Part shown: positions 41,536 to 51,752 of the stretch, piece after piece
Numbering within the stretch: the first letter of the stretch is position 1
Layout of the letters: each line of letters starts with the position of its first letter
Origin: an uncultured Phycisphaerales bacterium
GTDB lineage: Bacteria > Planctomycetota > Phycisphaerae > Tepidisphaerales > Tepidisphaeraceae
Reading direction: 5' to 3'
Assembly: GCA_963755915.1 (NCBI GenBank)
Contig: CAVWLP010000003.1
Span: 384,001-448,000, forward strand
DNA length: 64,000 nt
Program-made: the position numbers and the translations under genes
Notes under the pieces: model-generated
Told to the model about the DNA's origin: nothing
The model's database searches: none
The model's input: the letters and a program-made list of their open reading frames with translations, nothing else

Positions 41536-42411
41536 CTATCGCGCAGGCGCGATCGCGATATCGCCGGACGCGCCCTTGTCGATAATTGGCATGATCACCT
41601 CCGCGACAAACGGCTCCGCCATCCAATCATAATGCCCGCCATCGTTCCCCAGCACCTTCCACGTCGGCTGGTAGCAATGCTGAATCACTTTCGCTTTTTC
41701 CGCTTCGGTCAATCCGATTAATCTGAATCCCCATCTCCCCGCCCCACCGCTATGCACGCGGTCGTAGTTGCCGAAGATCGTCGGACCAAGTCCCTGCCAG
41801 AAATCATCTTGGGGGCTGTAAAAAACATGCAGCCTCGTCGTATGCTGAAGCATCGGGGCAAGCTCAAATTTTGGCGACAGTGCCGGAGCGAGGAAGATGA
41901 CCGGCCCGACGCGCACGCCTTCAGGCAGCCGGCGCACAGCGCCGGCGACCACACCGGCCCCCGCGCTGTGGGCGATCAGGGCAATGCGCCCGCCTGGGTG
42001 ATTGGCACGAATCGATTCAATCTTTGCACAAAGGTCGCGCTCGGCATGATCGTGCCAGCTTTGAGAAGCGATGGAGATGAAAAAGATAGGGTAAGAGGAT
42101 CCCCAGTCGCTGACTTCCAGGCAGTCGGGGCTCCCGTGATCGCGGAGCGAGTCGATGATCTGGGCGTAGACGCCCCCATCGCCGCCGATGCCGGGGACGA
42201 CGATGACGGCGTTGGGGTGGTCGGTATTTACCGGGGGTGTGGCGCAAGCGGTTAATAAAAGAAAGACTAAGCTCACGCAGAGGACTTCGACGAGCTCAGT
42301 CGAGTCGCGCAGAGCTCGCAGAGGGAGAGCGACGATGCTTTCCCTTTCTCTGCGCCTCTGCGCGACTCGACTGAGCTCGTCGAAGTCCTCTGCGTGAGAA
42401 CCCGAATTCAT
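41536..42411 (-). CDS. Putative lipoprotein alpha/beta hydrolase
   Basis: Lipobox LLTAC, VVPGIGG, AHSAG nucleophile elbow; start uncertain because of the palindrome. Confidence 0.75.
   Translation of the reverse strand: MNSGSHAEDFDELSRVAQRRRERESIVALPLRALRDSTELVEVLCVSLVFLLLTACATPPVNTDHPNAVIVVPGIGGDGGVYAQIIDSLRDHGSPDCLEVSDWGSSYPIFFISIASQSWHDHAERDLCAKIESIRANHPGGRIALIAHSAGAGVVAGAVRRLPEGVRVGPVIFLAPALSPKFELAPMLQHTTRLHVFYSPQDDFWQGLGPTIFGNYDRVHSGGAGRWGFRLIGLTEAEKAKVIQHCYQPTWKVLGNDGGHYDWMAEPFVAEVIMPIIDKGASGDIAIAPAR
42272..42398. repeat. 127-bp palindrome with perfect 43-bp arms
   Basis: 42272-42314 is the exact reverse complement of 42356-42398. Confidence 0.97.
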
Positions 42412-42477
42412 TCTTCTTTTTCTACCAAGAACCGCCGGAAAGGGATAAGATTGGACGCTGCAATCAAGGAGAGAGCC

Positions 42478-43209
42478 ATGACCCAAACTTCGACCGCCGT
42501 TTCCCCGCAGGCCGGTGTTCGGCCGATCACCCGCCAGTTCGTGAACTTCGCGTGTTTCAAACTGGATCCGGCGTTTCGGCGCTTGCCAGACCTGGATAAG
42601 GAAAACGGACGGGCGGAATTTTCGCAGCTTTTCTCCCAGCCGCGGGAGGGATTGCTCTCTCTTTCCTACAGCACCATCGGCCTGCGGCCGGACGTGGATT
42701 TTGTCTTGTGGCGGATCTCCACCACCGTCGATGATTTTCAGGCCCAGACGCAGGCGATCAACCGCACGAAGCTCGGGGGATATCTTTCTACGCCGCACTC
42801 GTTTGTCTCGATGACCAAGCGGAGCATGTATATCGACAAGGTCGATCCGTTTCATACGGCCGAGAGCCGGACGCATATCATTCCCGGGCAGAGGAAGTAT
42901 CTGTTTATCTATCCGTTCGTGAAGACGCGGGCGTGGTATCTGCTGCCGCTCGACCAGCGGCAGGCGATCATGGACGTGCACATCAAGGTCGGGAACAAAT
43001 ACCCAAGCGTAAAGCTGAACACGACCTATAGCTTTGGCCTGGACGATCAGGATTTCGTGGTGGCCTTTGAGACGGATGAGCCTAAGGATTTTCTGGACCT
43101 GGTAATGGAGTTGCGGGAGACGGAGAGCAGTAAGTATACGCAGCGGGATACGCCGATTTTTACCTGCGTACAGATGGCGGTGGGGAAAATTCTGGAGCAG
43201 TTGTTTTAG
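42478..43209 (+). CDS. Chlorite dismutase / coproheme decarboxylase (HemQ/ChdC-like) family protein
   Basis: YPFVKTRAWYLLP..R..IM..H, TTYSFGLDDQDFVVAFE, ELRETESS..RDTPIF. Confidence 0.9.
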   Translation: MTQTSTAVSPQAGVRPITRQFVNFACFKLDPAFRRLPDLDKENGRAEFSQLFSQPREGLLSLSYSTIGLRPDVDFVLWRISTTVDDFQAQTQAINRTKLGGYLSTPHSFVSMTKRSMYIDKVDPFHTAESRTHIIPGQRKYLFIYPFVKTRAWYLLPLDQRQAIMDVHIKVGNKYPSVKLNTTYSFGLDDQDFVVAFETDEPKDFLDLVMELRETESSKYTQRDTPIFTCVQMAVGKILEQLF

Positions 43210-43260
43210 GAGTCTCCGAGGCTATCGAAGAGCAGGGGTTTCAATCGCGCGGAAAAGTGT

Positions 43261-43773
43261 TCAGTCTGTCGGGGAATCGCTCTGGGCGGCGCCGGCGTAA
43301 TAACGACGGACGGATTTGGAGCAGAGGACGATGGCGATGAGCAGGGGAAGGGAGCACATATAGATGAGCCAGAAAGTTACCGGGTTTTCGTCGTCATGGT
43401 CCATGATAAGGAGGACGACATAGGCGGCGGTGAGGGCGAATTTGGAGGCGACATAGATGCCGAGCATTTCGTAGGGATTGAGCAAGCCGTGGCCTTTTGA
43501 GGTGAAGACGCGGATGGCGGCGATGAGGAGCCAGAGCATGGCGAGGGCGCAGAGGTAGAACTCGATCCGGTAGCAAAGTTCGAGGCCTGACAATTGGGAT
43601 GGGCGCATTGGGGGACTCATCCAGGAGAAGAATTCCATGGCGGTGTCGGCGAGGAGGCCGATGGAGGCGTAAATGATGCTGAGGATGGCGATGACCAGGA
43701 GGGACACGGGACGCTTGAGCTCGTGGTCTCGGGAGAGGTAGTTCAGGGGGATCGTGTTAGTAGTCGTGGTCAT
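43261..43773 (-). CDS. Hypothetical four-TM membrane protein
   Basis: Four hydrophobic segments. Confidence 0.65.
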   Translation of the reverse strand: MTTTTNTIPLNYLSRDHELKRPVSLLVIAILSIIYASIGLLADTAMEFFSWMSPPMRPSQLSGLELCYRIEFYLCALAMLWLLIAAIRVFTSKGHGLLNPYEMLGIYVASKFALTAAYVVLLIMDHDDENPVTFWLIYMCSLPLLIAIVLCSKSVRRYYAGAAQSDSPTD

Positions 43774-43994
43774 GTCTTTAGTAAATCGACTTGGGGTGGA
43801 GAGAGGTTGAGGAAATGAGGGGATTGGATGGACCTTGGGGGCGTGGGGAGGGGAGGAGGAGGATTTTTATCGGTTGCGGTCCCGAGGGCCGTGAGGTGGT
43901 GGGTGGGGATCGCGGATTGCGTTTGCTTTCTGGCTCGCTCTAATTCGAGGCTGGCACTGTTAGCGTTTCAGGTGGGAACGGGTTGGGCCTTGGG

Positions 43995-44606
43995 ATGAGA
44001 AAAGCTAATCGCAGAGTTGTGGTGATAATCGCGCGGCGATCGAGAGCCCGATCGCGATGGGGTGATTTGCCGATGGCTGTAGTGGCGTTTTTGGCTGGGT
44101 TTGGACTTCCGGTGCTTATCTTGCTGATGGGGGTTTGTTGTTGGGCAGATCGGTATGGCAGAGGGTTTTTCACACCTGGGGCAGAGATGATTTCCCGGGC
44201 AAACGTGCTGATTGCGATTGCGGCGTTCGGGATGGTGGTGGCGGTTATTGGGAGAAAGATTCTGGGTGAAGGGTTGCCGTTTTATCCGCTGGCGAGCGGG
44301 GCGATTGCAGGGCTGGGGGTGAGTGTTTTGGTTGCGGTGCAATGCGTGCGTGCGGTGGAGCATGATTATGGGAGGCCGCTGCCGAATGGGGCGTCGACTT
44401 TTTGCGCGGTGTTGGCGGTTGAATTGGCTATTGTGGCGCCGATGCTTTACTTCGGGTTGGCGACGGGGTTGATTGAGATTGTGTTCCCTGCATCCTGGGC
44501 GAGGGAAGTGAAGGAGGAATCGGCAAGTTGCTGCGAAAAGTGTGGGTATGATTTGAGGGGGAATGAAAGCGGGGTTTGCCCGGAGTGTGGTCAGGCGATC
44601 AAGTGA
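43995..44606 (+). CDS. Membrane protein with C-terminal zinc ribbon
   Basis: TM segments, then CEKCGYDLRGNESGVCPECG. Confidence 0.75.
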   Translation: MRKANRRVVVIIARRSRARSRWGDLPMAVVAFLAGFGLPVLILLMGVCCWADRYGRGFFTPGAEMISRANVLIAIAAFGMVVAVIGRKILGEGLPFYPLASGAIAGLGVSVLVAVQCVRAVEHDYGRPLPNGASTFCAVLAVELAIVAPMLYFGLATGLIEIVFPASWAREVKEESASCCEKCGYDLRGNESGVCPECGQAIK

Positions 44607-44873
44607 ACCCGCGGACTTCGGCGAACTCAGTCTCTTGTTCCCCACCTCTAGGCCGCCCCGAACGTCACCAGGGCAGCCATGTGTTCCCGCGGCGGAACCG
44701 CGTCCACCTATACGAGTCGCCGCCTCGTCTCGTCACCAAAACCGTAACCGATAAAAATCGCTCCCCCAATTCTTCCTGAAACTGCATAACGCATTAAATC
44801 AAACCCAGATCCCACCTTCACACCCCAAATTCCGCCCCCATCTCATCACTCCTCAACTTCGCCTTCCTCCTTC
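44604..44873. repeat. Direct repeat copy 1 (~270 bp)
   Basis: Matches 46440-46712 with about 8 substitutions and 2 homopolymer indels. Confidence 0.97.
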
Positions 44874-44926
44874 GCGCCTCTGCGCGAACCTTCAGTCTTT
44901 GAATTTCTTTGGCGATCTCCGCGTTC

Positions 44927-46201
44927 TCAAGCGAAGCGGGCGGAATTCGGCAAGCTCAGTCGAGTCGTGAACATGAATTTTCTGGGCTGGCCCTCAACGG
45001 CCAATTGCTGCCATCTCCGCCTCCGCCAAACAAGCACTCCACACGCGCCCAATCCGATCAGAGACGAACCAGCCGGCTCCGGCACCGGCGAAAGCTCGAA
45101 CACCGTGCCGGCGCCGGACTCACCCCCGCTATAAGTTGTGCCGTAGAGGTTGCCGCTGCTGTCCATCACCACGCCGCCGCGAGGATCTGACCCGTCGTCA
45201 CCCCCATCAAACGAATAAAGCACCGTGGGCGTACCGCCGGTAATCGGCACAGAAAACACCTCGCCGTCGCTGTAGACGCCGCCAGACGTCGTTGTCCCGT
45301 ACAGAATTCCGTTGGAAAGGATCAGATCCCCATCAGGCCGGCCGCCGTCACTGCTATTGAACGGCCCGAGCAACGTGGGCGTCCCACCCCCAATCGGCAC
45401 CGAGAAAACGCCATTCTCTGTCGCACCGTATAAAGTACCATTCGAGAGAATCAAGCCCCCATCAGGGGAGTTCCCGTCGCTTCCGTTAAACGACGCCAGC
45501 ACGCTGTCATGCCCGCCCGAGGTCGATTCTGAAAAAACCGTCCCGTAGTTTTCATTCCCGCCCCCGGGCGTCGTGCCATAAAGAGTCCCGGCTGAGATGA
45601 TCAGGTCAGATTGCGGGAATGAACCCCCGGTCGTGCCGTTGAACACTGCCAGGTCAGAAATACTTCCACCGGCCAACGGAACTGAAAACACAACACCAAA
45701 CAAATGTGACAATGAAGTCCCCTCCATCGCTGTCCCGTAAAGTGTGCTGCCGGAAAGAACCAGGCCCGCCGAGGGGGAATCCCCGTTTGTCCCCGCCAGC
45801 GATGCCAGCACGGTCGGCGCACCGCCGGTGATGGGCTCGGAGAAGACCGTCCCGTCACCGCCATTGTCAACATCATGAGTGCCCCCCTGGCTTGCCGTAC
45901 CGTAAAGCGTATTGCCGACAAGAATCAGGTCACCCAAAGGATTCGCTCCGTTGGTGCCATCGAAGGAAGTAAGCACTGTCGGTGTGCCGCCTGTTGTGGG
46001 CAGTGAGAATACGTTGCCATCATTGCTGGAGTTACCGCCGCTCGTCGTACCCTACAGCGTGCCCCCCGAGAGAAGAAGACCGGCCGCGGGATTTGATCCA
46101 TCGGTGCCGTCAAATGGAGCAAGCGTCGTCAGCGTATACTGGCCAAACGCAGTCGAAGCCGTCACACATACGACAACAATCGCAGCTAACCGCCCCATCA
46201 T
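44927..46201 (-). pseudogene. PEP-CTERM protein with tandem GTLYGTT..GG...G.VF repeats (GloVer-like); in-frame TAG at codon 50
   Basis: GGGAG-ATG at 46201 with signal peptide; TAG at 46052-46054 replaces the repeat Tyr; C-terminal VPEPAGSSLIGLGACGVLVWRRRR. Confidence 0.8.
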
Positions 46202-46439
46202 CAGTCTCCCGCTCCAAACTCCAGTTTCCCATGCGTGGTACTTACCCCAAACAACTTACCAAATGGCGGAGTCCTATTCCACAAAATCCGCTCTATGCCA
46301 TCCAGCAAGCCGCAACCCTCACAAAGACCCTCTAAACACTTTTTCTGCAGTCTAACCCCCGGGCCACCAGAATCGCGCCCAAATTCGGCCGCCGCCGCCT
46401 TGAAGCCCCCGGCACTTCGTGGCAGGTCAACTTGCTCTT

Positions 46440-46712
46440 TGAACCCCCGCGGACTTCGGCGATCTCAGTCTCTTGTTCCTCACCTCTAGGCCGCCCCGAC
46501 CGTCACCAGGGCAGCCATGTGTTCCCGCAGCGGAACCGCGTCCACCTATTCGAGTCGCCGCCTCGTCTCGTCACCAAAACCGTAACCGATAAAAATCGCT
46601 CCCCCCAATTCTTCCTGAAACTGCATAACGCATTAAATCAAACCCAGATCCTACCCTCACACCCCAAATTCCGCCCCCATCTCATCACTCCTCAACTTCG
46701 CCCTCCTCCTTC
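46440..46712. repeat. Direct repeat copy 2, includes the 3' end of the HTH gene
   Basis: Matches copy 1 (44604-44873). Confidence 0.97.
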
Positions 46713-47124
46713 TCGTCTTCGTCGCACTCTCCGTCGCCAGCTCATCCGCCTCCGTATTCTTCTCTTCCTCCTTCTCGATCATTCCCATCCCCTTCAGCAG
46801 CGCCAGTCCCGCCTTCGCATCCCCCGCCTCCAGCGCCTTTTCCACCGCGCTCGTCGCCTTGTCCAGCATCATCTTCAATCTCGATCGGCAGCTCTCCTTC
46901 ATCGCCTCATGCCACTGGTTATACGCCGCCCTGAACGCCGCATCGTTCTTCATCCAGCGGTAGATCGCGTTCCTTGAAACCCCCACCGTCCGCGCCGTCT
47001 CCGCCAGCGACTTCCCCCCCAGCAGCAGTTCCAGCGCACTCCTCTGTTCCCCCGTTAGCTCATCCAAATCCATCCGCGCCAGCGCGCCTCCGTTTGTCGT
47101 CCCCTCACCCTCTGCTACCGACAT
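46657..47124 (-). CDS. Helix-turn-helix protein (phage terminase-small-subunit-like HTH pattern)
   Basis: LTGEQRSALELLLGGKSLAETARTVGVSRNAIYRW..DAAFRAAY. Confidence 0.8.
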   Translation of the reverse strand: MSVAEGEGTTNGGALARMDLDELTGEQRSALELLLGGKSLAETARTVGVSRNAIYRWMKNDAAFRAAYNQWHEAMKESCRSRLKMMLDKATSAVEKALEAGDAKAGLALLKGMGMIEKEEEKNTEADELATESATKTRRRRAKLRSDEMGAEFGV

Positions 47125-47460
47125 AAGCCCACCACCTTTCCAGTGAATTGATAACCTAACATTAACCTAACCGCATCGACAACGCAAGAAAAAAAATCAA
47201 CAAAAAGAGTACCTCCCTCTTGCCGCCCACGCCTCCACGCAATTTTCCATAAAACGGAGCGCCCTTCCCCGCGCCCGCACTCCCAAAAACCGTCCAACCT
47301 CCTTAAACCCCAAACCCCAAACAGGTTGCAAAACACGACTAAGCTAGTATTCGCTAATAAAAATCCGAAAAGCGCTCCGTTCTGTTCCGTTGCGCCGAAA
47401 TGGAACCACCCGGCCATTTGCGATACCTTTCCCACAGCCAAATTCATTAAGGAGATACGG

Positions 47461-49434
47461 ATGCTGCGTATTTTGGCGGTGCTGGGATTGGTGCTTGGAC
47501 AGGCTGCCGCAGTCTGGGGCGACTCCGTACGCCTCGAGGACTTGTCCCTCGATGGAATCCGCCAGGATTGGGGCAAGCCGCAGGCGGATAAGAGTGTGGT
47601 GGGGAATCCGATCACCATCGGCGGCGCTTCGTTTGACCACGGCGTCGGGGGACATGCGAATTTCGTCTGGGTGATCGATCTGGGAGGGAATGGGCAGAGG
47701 TTTACGGCGAAAGTGGGGATTGATGATGACGTGAAGAGCGACGAGGATTCGCGGAGGGCGCGGGTGCAGTTTTCGGTGATTGGGGATCACACGGCGCTCT
47801 ATTCCTCCGGCTGGATGCACGCAGGAGACGCTGCGAAGAGCATCGATATTGATGTGCGCGGCGTCAGGTTCTTGATCCTCAAGGCCAGTGCGCGGGGATC
47901 CATCGATTTTGACCATGCGGACTGGGGAGATGCGCAGATTACCTTTACGGGGAAGGCGCCGGTGACGGTGGCCGCGCCGGTGGAGAAGGGCGAAGTTCTA
48001 ACCCCCCCACCGCCGGCAACGCCAAGAATAAATGGGGCGCGCGTCCTGGGCGTTCGGCCCGGGCATCCGGTTTTGTATACGATCGCCGCCACCGGGCAGC
48101 GGCCGATGACGTTCTCGGCCGAGAACCTTCCCGACGGGCTTTCCGTCGATCCGGAAAGCGGGAGGATTACCGGGAGCCTTTCAAAAGGCGGGGAATATCT
48201 GATTCGGCTGAAAGCTTCCAACGCGCTGGGGAGTGCACAGCGGAATTTGAAATTGGAGGTGGGGGACAAGATCGCGCTGACGCCACCGATGGGGTGGAAT
48301 AGCTGGAACTGTTTTGCGCAGGCGGTGAGCGATAAGAAAGTGAGGGCGGCCGCGGATGCGATGGTGAGCTCGGGGCTGATCGAGCATGGGTGGACGTATA
48401 TCAATATCGATGATTGCTGGGAGGTTCGGGCGTCGGAGCCGGCGGAGAAACGGCGGGCGGCGGATGGGCATATTCTCACGAATGCGAAGTTTCCGGATAT
48501 GCGAGCGCTGGCGGATTATGTGCATTCGAAGGGACTGCGGGTGGGGCTTTATTCTTCGCCGGGGCCGGAGACGTGCGGGGGGTTTACGGCCAGCTATCAG
48601 TATGAGGAAAAGGATGCCGAGCAATATGCGGCCTGGGGGTTTGATTATCTGAAGTATGACTGGTGCTCCTATGGGAGAATCGCGGACAAGATCAAGGCGC
48701 AGGCAAATCCGCCATCACAGCTAGATATATTTCGGGCCCCTTACCTGGTGATGCGCGATGCGCTGCTGCGGCAGGATCGGGATATTTTTTTCAGCTTCTG
48801 CCAGTATGGGATGGGGGATGTGTGGGAGTGGGGAGCGGCGGCCGGAGGGAATTGCTGGAGGACGACCGGCGACATTACGGATACGTGGGAGAGCATGTCG
48901 AGCAATGGATTTAACTCCGCGGGGCATGAGAAGTATGCGGGGCCGGGGCATTGGAATGATCCGGATATGCTCGTGGTCGGGATGGTGGGATGGGGGCCAT
49001 CGCTGCATAAGACAAAGCTGACGCCGAATGAGCAGTACACGCATATTTCGCTGTGGTGTTTGCTTTCGTCGCCGCTGCTGATTGGGTGCGATATGACGCA
49101 GCTAGATGATTTCACGAAGGGGCTGCTGACGAATGATGAAGTTTTGGCAGTGAATCAGGATCCGCTGGGGCGGCAGGCGGGACGGGTGTTTCAGGATTTG
49201 GATAGCGAGGTTTGGGCCAAGAAATTGGCGGATGGGGGGATGGCGGTGGGACTGTTCAATCGCGGGGAGTTGCCGGAGACGGTGATGGTGAGGTGGTCAC
49301 AATTGGGGCTTAGTGGGAAACAAGCGGTGAGGGATTTGTGGAGGCAGAAGGACGTGGGGGTGTTTGAGGATGGGTTTCAGGCGGAAGTGCCGCGGCATGG
49401 GGTGGTTTTGGTGAAAATCGCGCCTGGCTCGTAG
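47461..49434 (+). CDS. GH27 alpha-galactosidase with NPCBM and Ig-like domains
   Basis: TPPMGWNSWN, NIDDCW, DYLKYDWC, WRTTGDI, WNDPDML. Confidence 0.93.
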   Translation: MLRILAVLGLVLGQAAAVWGDSVRLEDLSLDGIRQDWGKPQADKSVVGNPITIGGASFDHGVGGHANFVWVIDLGGNGQRFTAKVGIDDDVKSDEDSRRARVQFSVIGDHTALYSSGWMHAGDAAKSIDIDVRGVRFLILKASARGSIDFDHADWGDAQITFTGKAPVTVAAPVEKGEVLTPPPPATPRINGARVLGVRPGHPVLYTIAATGQRPMTFSAENLPDGLSVDPESGRITGSLSKGGEYLIRLKASNALGSAQRNLKLEVGDKIALTPPMGWNSWNCFAQAVSDKKVRAAADAMVSSGLIEHGWTYINIDDCWEVRASEPAEKRRAADGHILTNAKFPDMRALADYVHSKGLRVGLYSSPGPETCGGFTASYQYEEKDAEQYAAWGFDYLKYDWCSYGRIADKIKAQANPPSQLDIFRAPYLVMRDALLRQDRDIFFSFCQYGMGDVWEWGAAAGGNCWRTTGDITDTWESMSSNGFNSAGHEKYAGPGHWNDPDMLVVGMVGWGPSLHKTKLTPNEQYTHISLWCLLSSPLLIGCDMTQLDDFTKGLLTNDEVLAVNQDPLGRQAGRVFQDLDSEVWAKKLADGGMAVGLFNRGELPETVMVRWSQLGLSGKQAVRDLWRQKDVGVFEDGFQAEVPRHGVVLVKIAPGS

Positions 49435-49443
49435 CGGTGCGAT

Positions 49444-51040
49444 CTACGGCTGCGTTGTGGCGGATTGGTATTGGGCTTCGAGGCGCAGCTCTTCGAGCTG
49501 GGTTGGAGAGGTGAAGACCGTTGCGTCAGCGTGCTCGCCGAGAAGTTTGAATTGGTGGAAGGCTTCCTGGTATTGGCCGCACCAGGTGGCGTCGCGGGCG
49601 AAGAGGGTGCGGACGTAATAATCTTTTGGAAACAGGTACAGAGTCGGAACGTAGCTTGCGCAGACGTCGGGCCAGACGGCAGGGTTGTCGTGGAAATATT
49701 GGCGGTCGGGTCTGAGGCTGTAGCCAGAATTGCTGTATTGGGAGAGAGCGGCGTGGGCGTCGGCAAGCTGCAGGGGTATGCCTGAGGCGTAGTTCTGGGT
49801 GGCGACGCACTCGTGGCCGAAATCGATCATGGCCTGATAGCTGCCGTACCACTTGGGTTCAAGGTAATACATCCTGGAGGTGTAGGGCTGCGTGTTATCG
49901 GGATTGGCCTGCGTGGCAATGGTGAACCATTTGTCGAGTTCGGCCTGTCCGGAGCCATCGCCGAGGACGACGCTCATCATTTGAAGCGAGGCGAAATCAT
50001 CAAAGGAATCGAGCCTGGAGGCATCCGAGAGGCACTGGCGCGGTGTTGAGACAATCCTGCATGCGGCGTGCGCCATCGGTGGTGACGGTGCTCGCCCAAC
50101 CAGAGCCGCGGGCGTCCCAGGCCAGGTCGATGTACGTGGCGCCCTTAAAGTCGAGCGGAATAGGGCTGTTGGGCAAAGCGGCGGAGATGACGGGGAAGAT
50201 GGTATCAACGGCTTTGGCGCGATCACCGGTGCATTGCCAATAATCGTATTGGAGGAGGTCGACGATTTCGACCAGATGTCCCGGCGGCATTTTGGGCTCG
50301 GCGCAAACTGCGGGAAAGAGGGCGAGGGCGGCGTTGAGATGTTCGAGATCCTGCTTTATCTGGGCGGCACTAAGCTTGGAGGGAGGTGGCGCATCGGGGA
50401 AGGTTGACTGAACCGCATAAAGCAATGCGAAGCACTTTCGGATGGCCGGATAATTGGAATTCACGACCGCGTCGGCAGCGGGGATCAGGTGGTCGGGATC
50501 TTTTTGGCCGCTGATTTTCTGCTTGGCACGAAGGTGGAAATAGACAAAGAGCGGATCGTTGCACCCTTCCTTTTGCGCTTTCTGAAATAGATCCAGATCG
50601 GGTTTCAGCTTGATGAAGGAGAGAATGGCCAGGAGCGCATCGTTGTCCCATGCGGGGTTGTGCGAGCCGACCTTCTGATAAGCGCTGCGAGTGCAATCCT
50701 CGTCCCATTTATCGCTGGCCGCTGCAAGCTGGGTTTGATGGGCGCGGGCCGCGTGATTGCGGTCGATCATCGCGGCGACATCGGCGCGGACGTCGGCGGG
50801 GAGATCGCCGAACTGGTGCGAGAGATCCTCCCTGGCAATCGGAAGCGCTTCTTCGGGGAATCCGCGGATGATGCGCTCGCCGGAATCGAGGGTGTCGGGT
50901 GAACGGAGCATAGCCATCACCTGATCGACGCCGGGCTTGTAGTTAAGCTGCGGTTGAGTGGTCGGGGCGTCATCGGCGAGGGAGGGGGCGATAGCGAGAA
51001 GAAGCGTGGCCAGGAAGGAAGGGATAACGCGAAGTGTCAT
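49444..51040 (-). CDS. Hypothetical secreted protein (DUF4034-like AWDARGSGWA motif), frameshift near 50040
   Basis: Signal peptide + APTTQP; continues in ORF 49444-50226 (YLEPKWYGS). Confidence 0.7.
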
Positions 51041-51217
51041 TAGGAACTTCCCTTTTCAATGTAATGGGATTTGACCCGATAACGGTGTAAATGGGCAAGA
51101 AAATAGGGGCGCAGCAACAAATTGCACGGGAAATTATGGTTGTGGTGGCGTGTTTATGATATATTAGGGGGGTCAAATCTTTGGTCGGGTGAAGAAATTC
51201 AAATCTGGGAGGACGTC

Positions 51218-51720
51218 ATGAATGAAGGACGACCTGGTTTTCCGGCTCAGGGGAATCCTACGGTAGCGCCGGTCTTGCGGCCCGCAGTCTCGCATGGGGG
51301 AATGACGCCGGGCGGCGTTTCTTCGGGTGGGATGTCGTTGCGTCCGGCGGCGGTTGTGGCGCCACCACCGACGCGGCCGGTGATTGATGAGCCGCTGGAG
51401 TTGGTGGAGGAGAAGCCGGAAGCGGCGACGCCGGGGCGCCGGCGGAAGCGCCGAAGAGCAAGATTCATGGGATCACGGCGGCGGTGGGGATTGCGCAGCA
51501 CACTTACAAGCGGCCGACAAATCTGAATAAGTGCGGAGCCGTGCGCATGCGGACGTTTCACTGCCGGCTGAGCGAACAGGGGGTGGATTATCTCGACCAG
51601 GCGATCAACGACTGGCTCGAGGCGCATCCGGATATTGAGGTCAAGTTCACCACGAGCACGGTGGGGATGTGGGATGGGAAGTTGAAGGAGCCGTCGTTGA
51701 TACTCAATGTGTGGTATTGA
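51218..51720 (+). CDS. Hypothetical protein, frameshift near 51445
   Basis: GGAGGA RBS; Pro-rich N-terminus joined to RMRTFHCRLSEQGVDYLDQAINDWL..ILNVWY. Confidence 0.7.
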
Positions 51721-51752
51721 GGAGGGTGTGAAAGTATGAAAGGGGTGTGGGG

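Noticed and set aside
44737..44746. CAAAACCGTA in the 270-bp repeat matching the island arm-type sites
   Set aside because: Only a 10-mer match 16-18 kb away with no att core; chance cannot be excluded.
44665..44787. 40-aa minus-strand ORF (MQFQEELGERF..WLPW) inside the direct repeat
   Set aside because: Frameshifted in the second copy, no clear RBS, no recognisable motif.
47253..47381. 10-bp inverted repeat AACGGAGCGC/GCGCTCCGTT as MITE ends
   Set aside because: Short, single copy, no target duplication seen.
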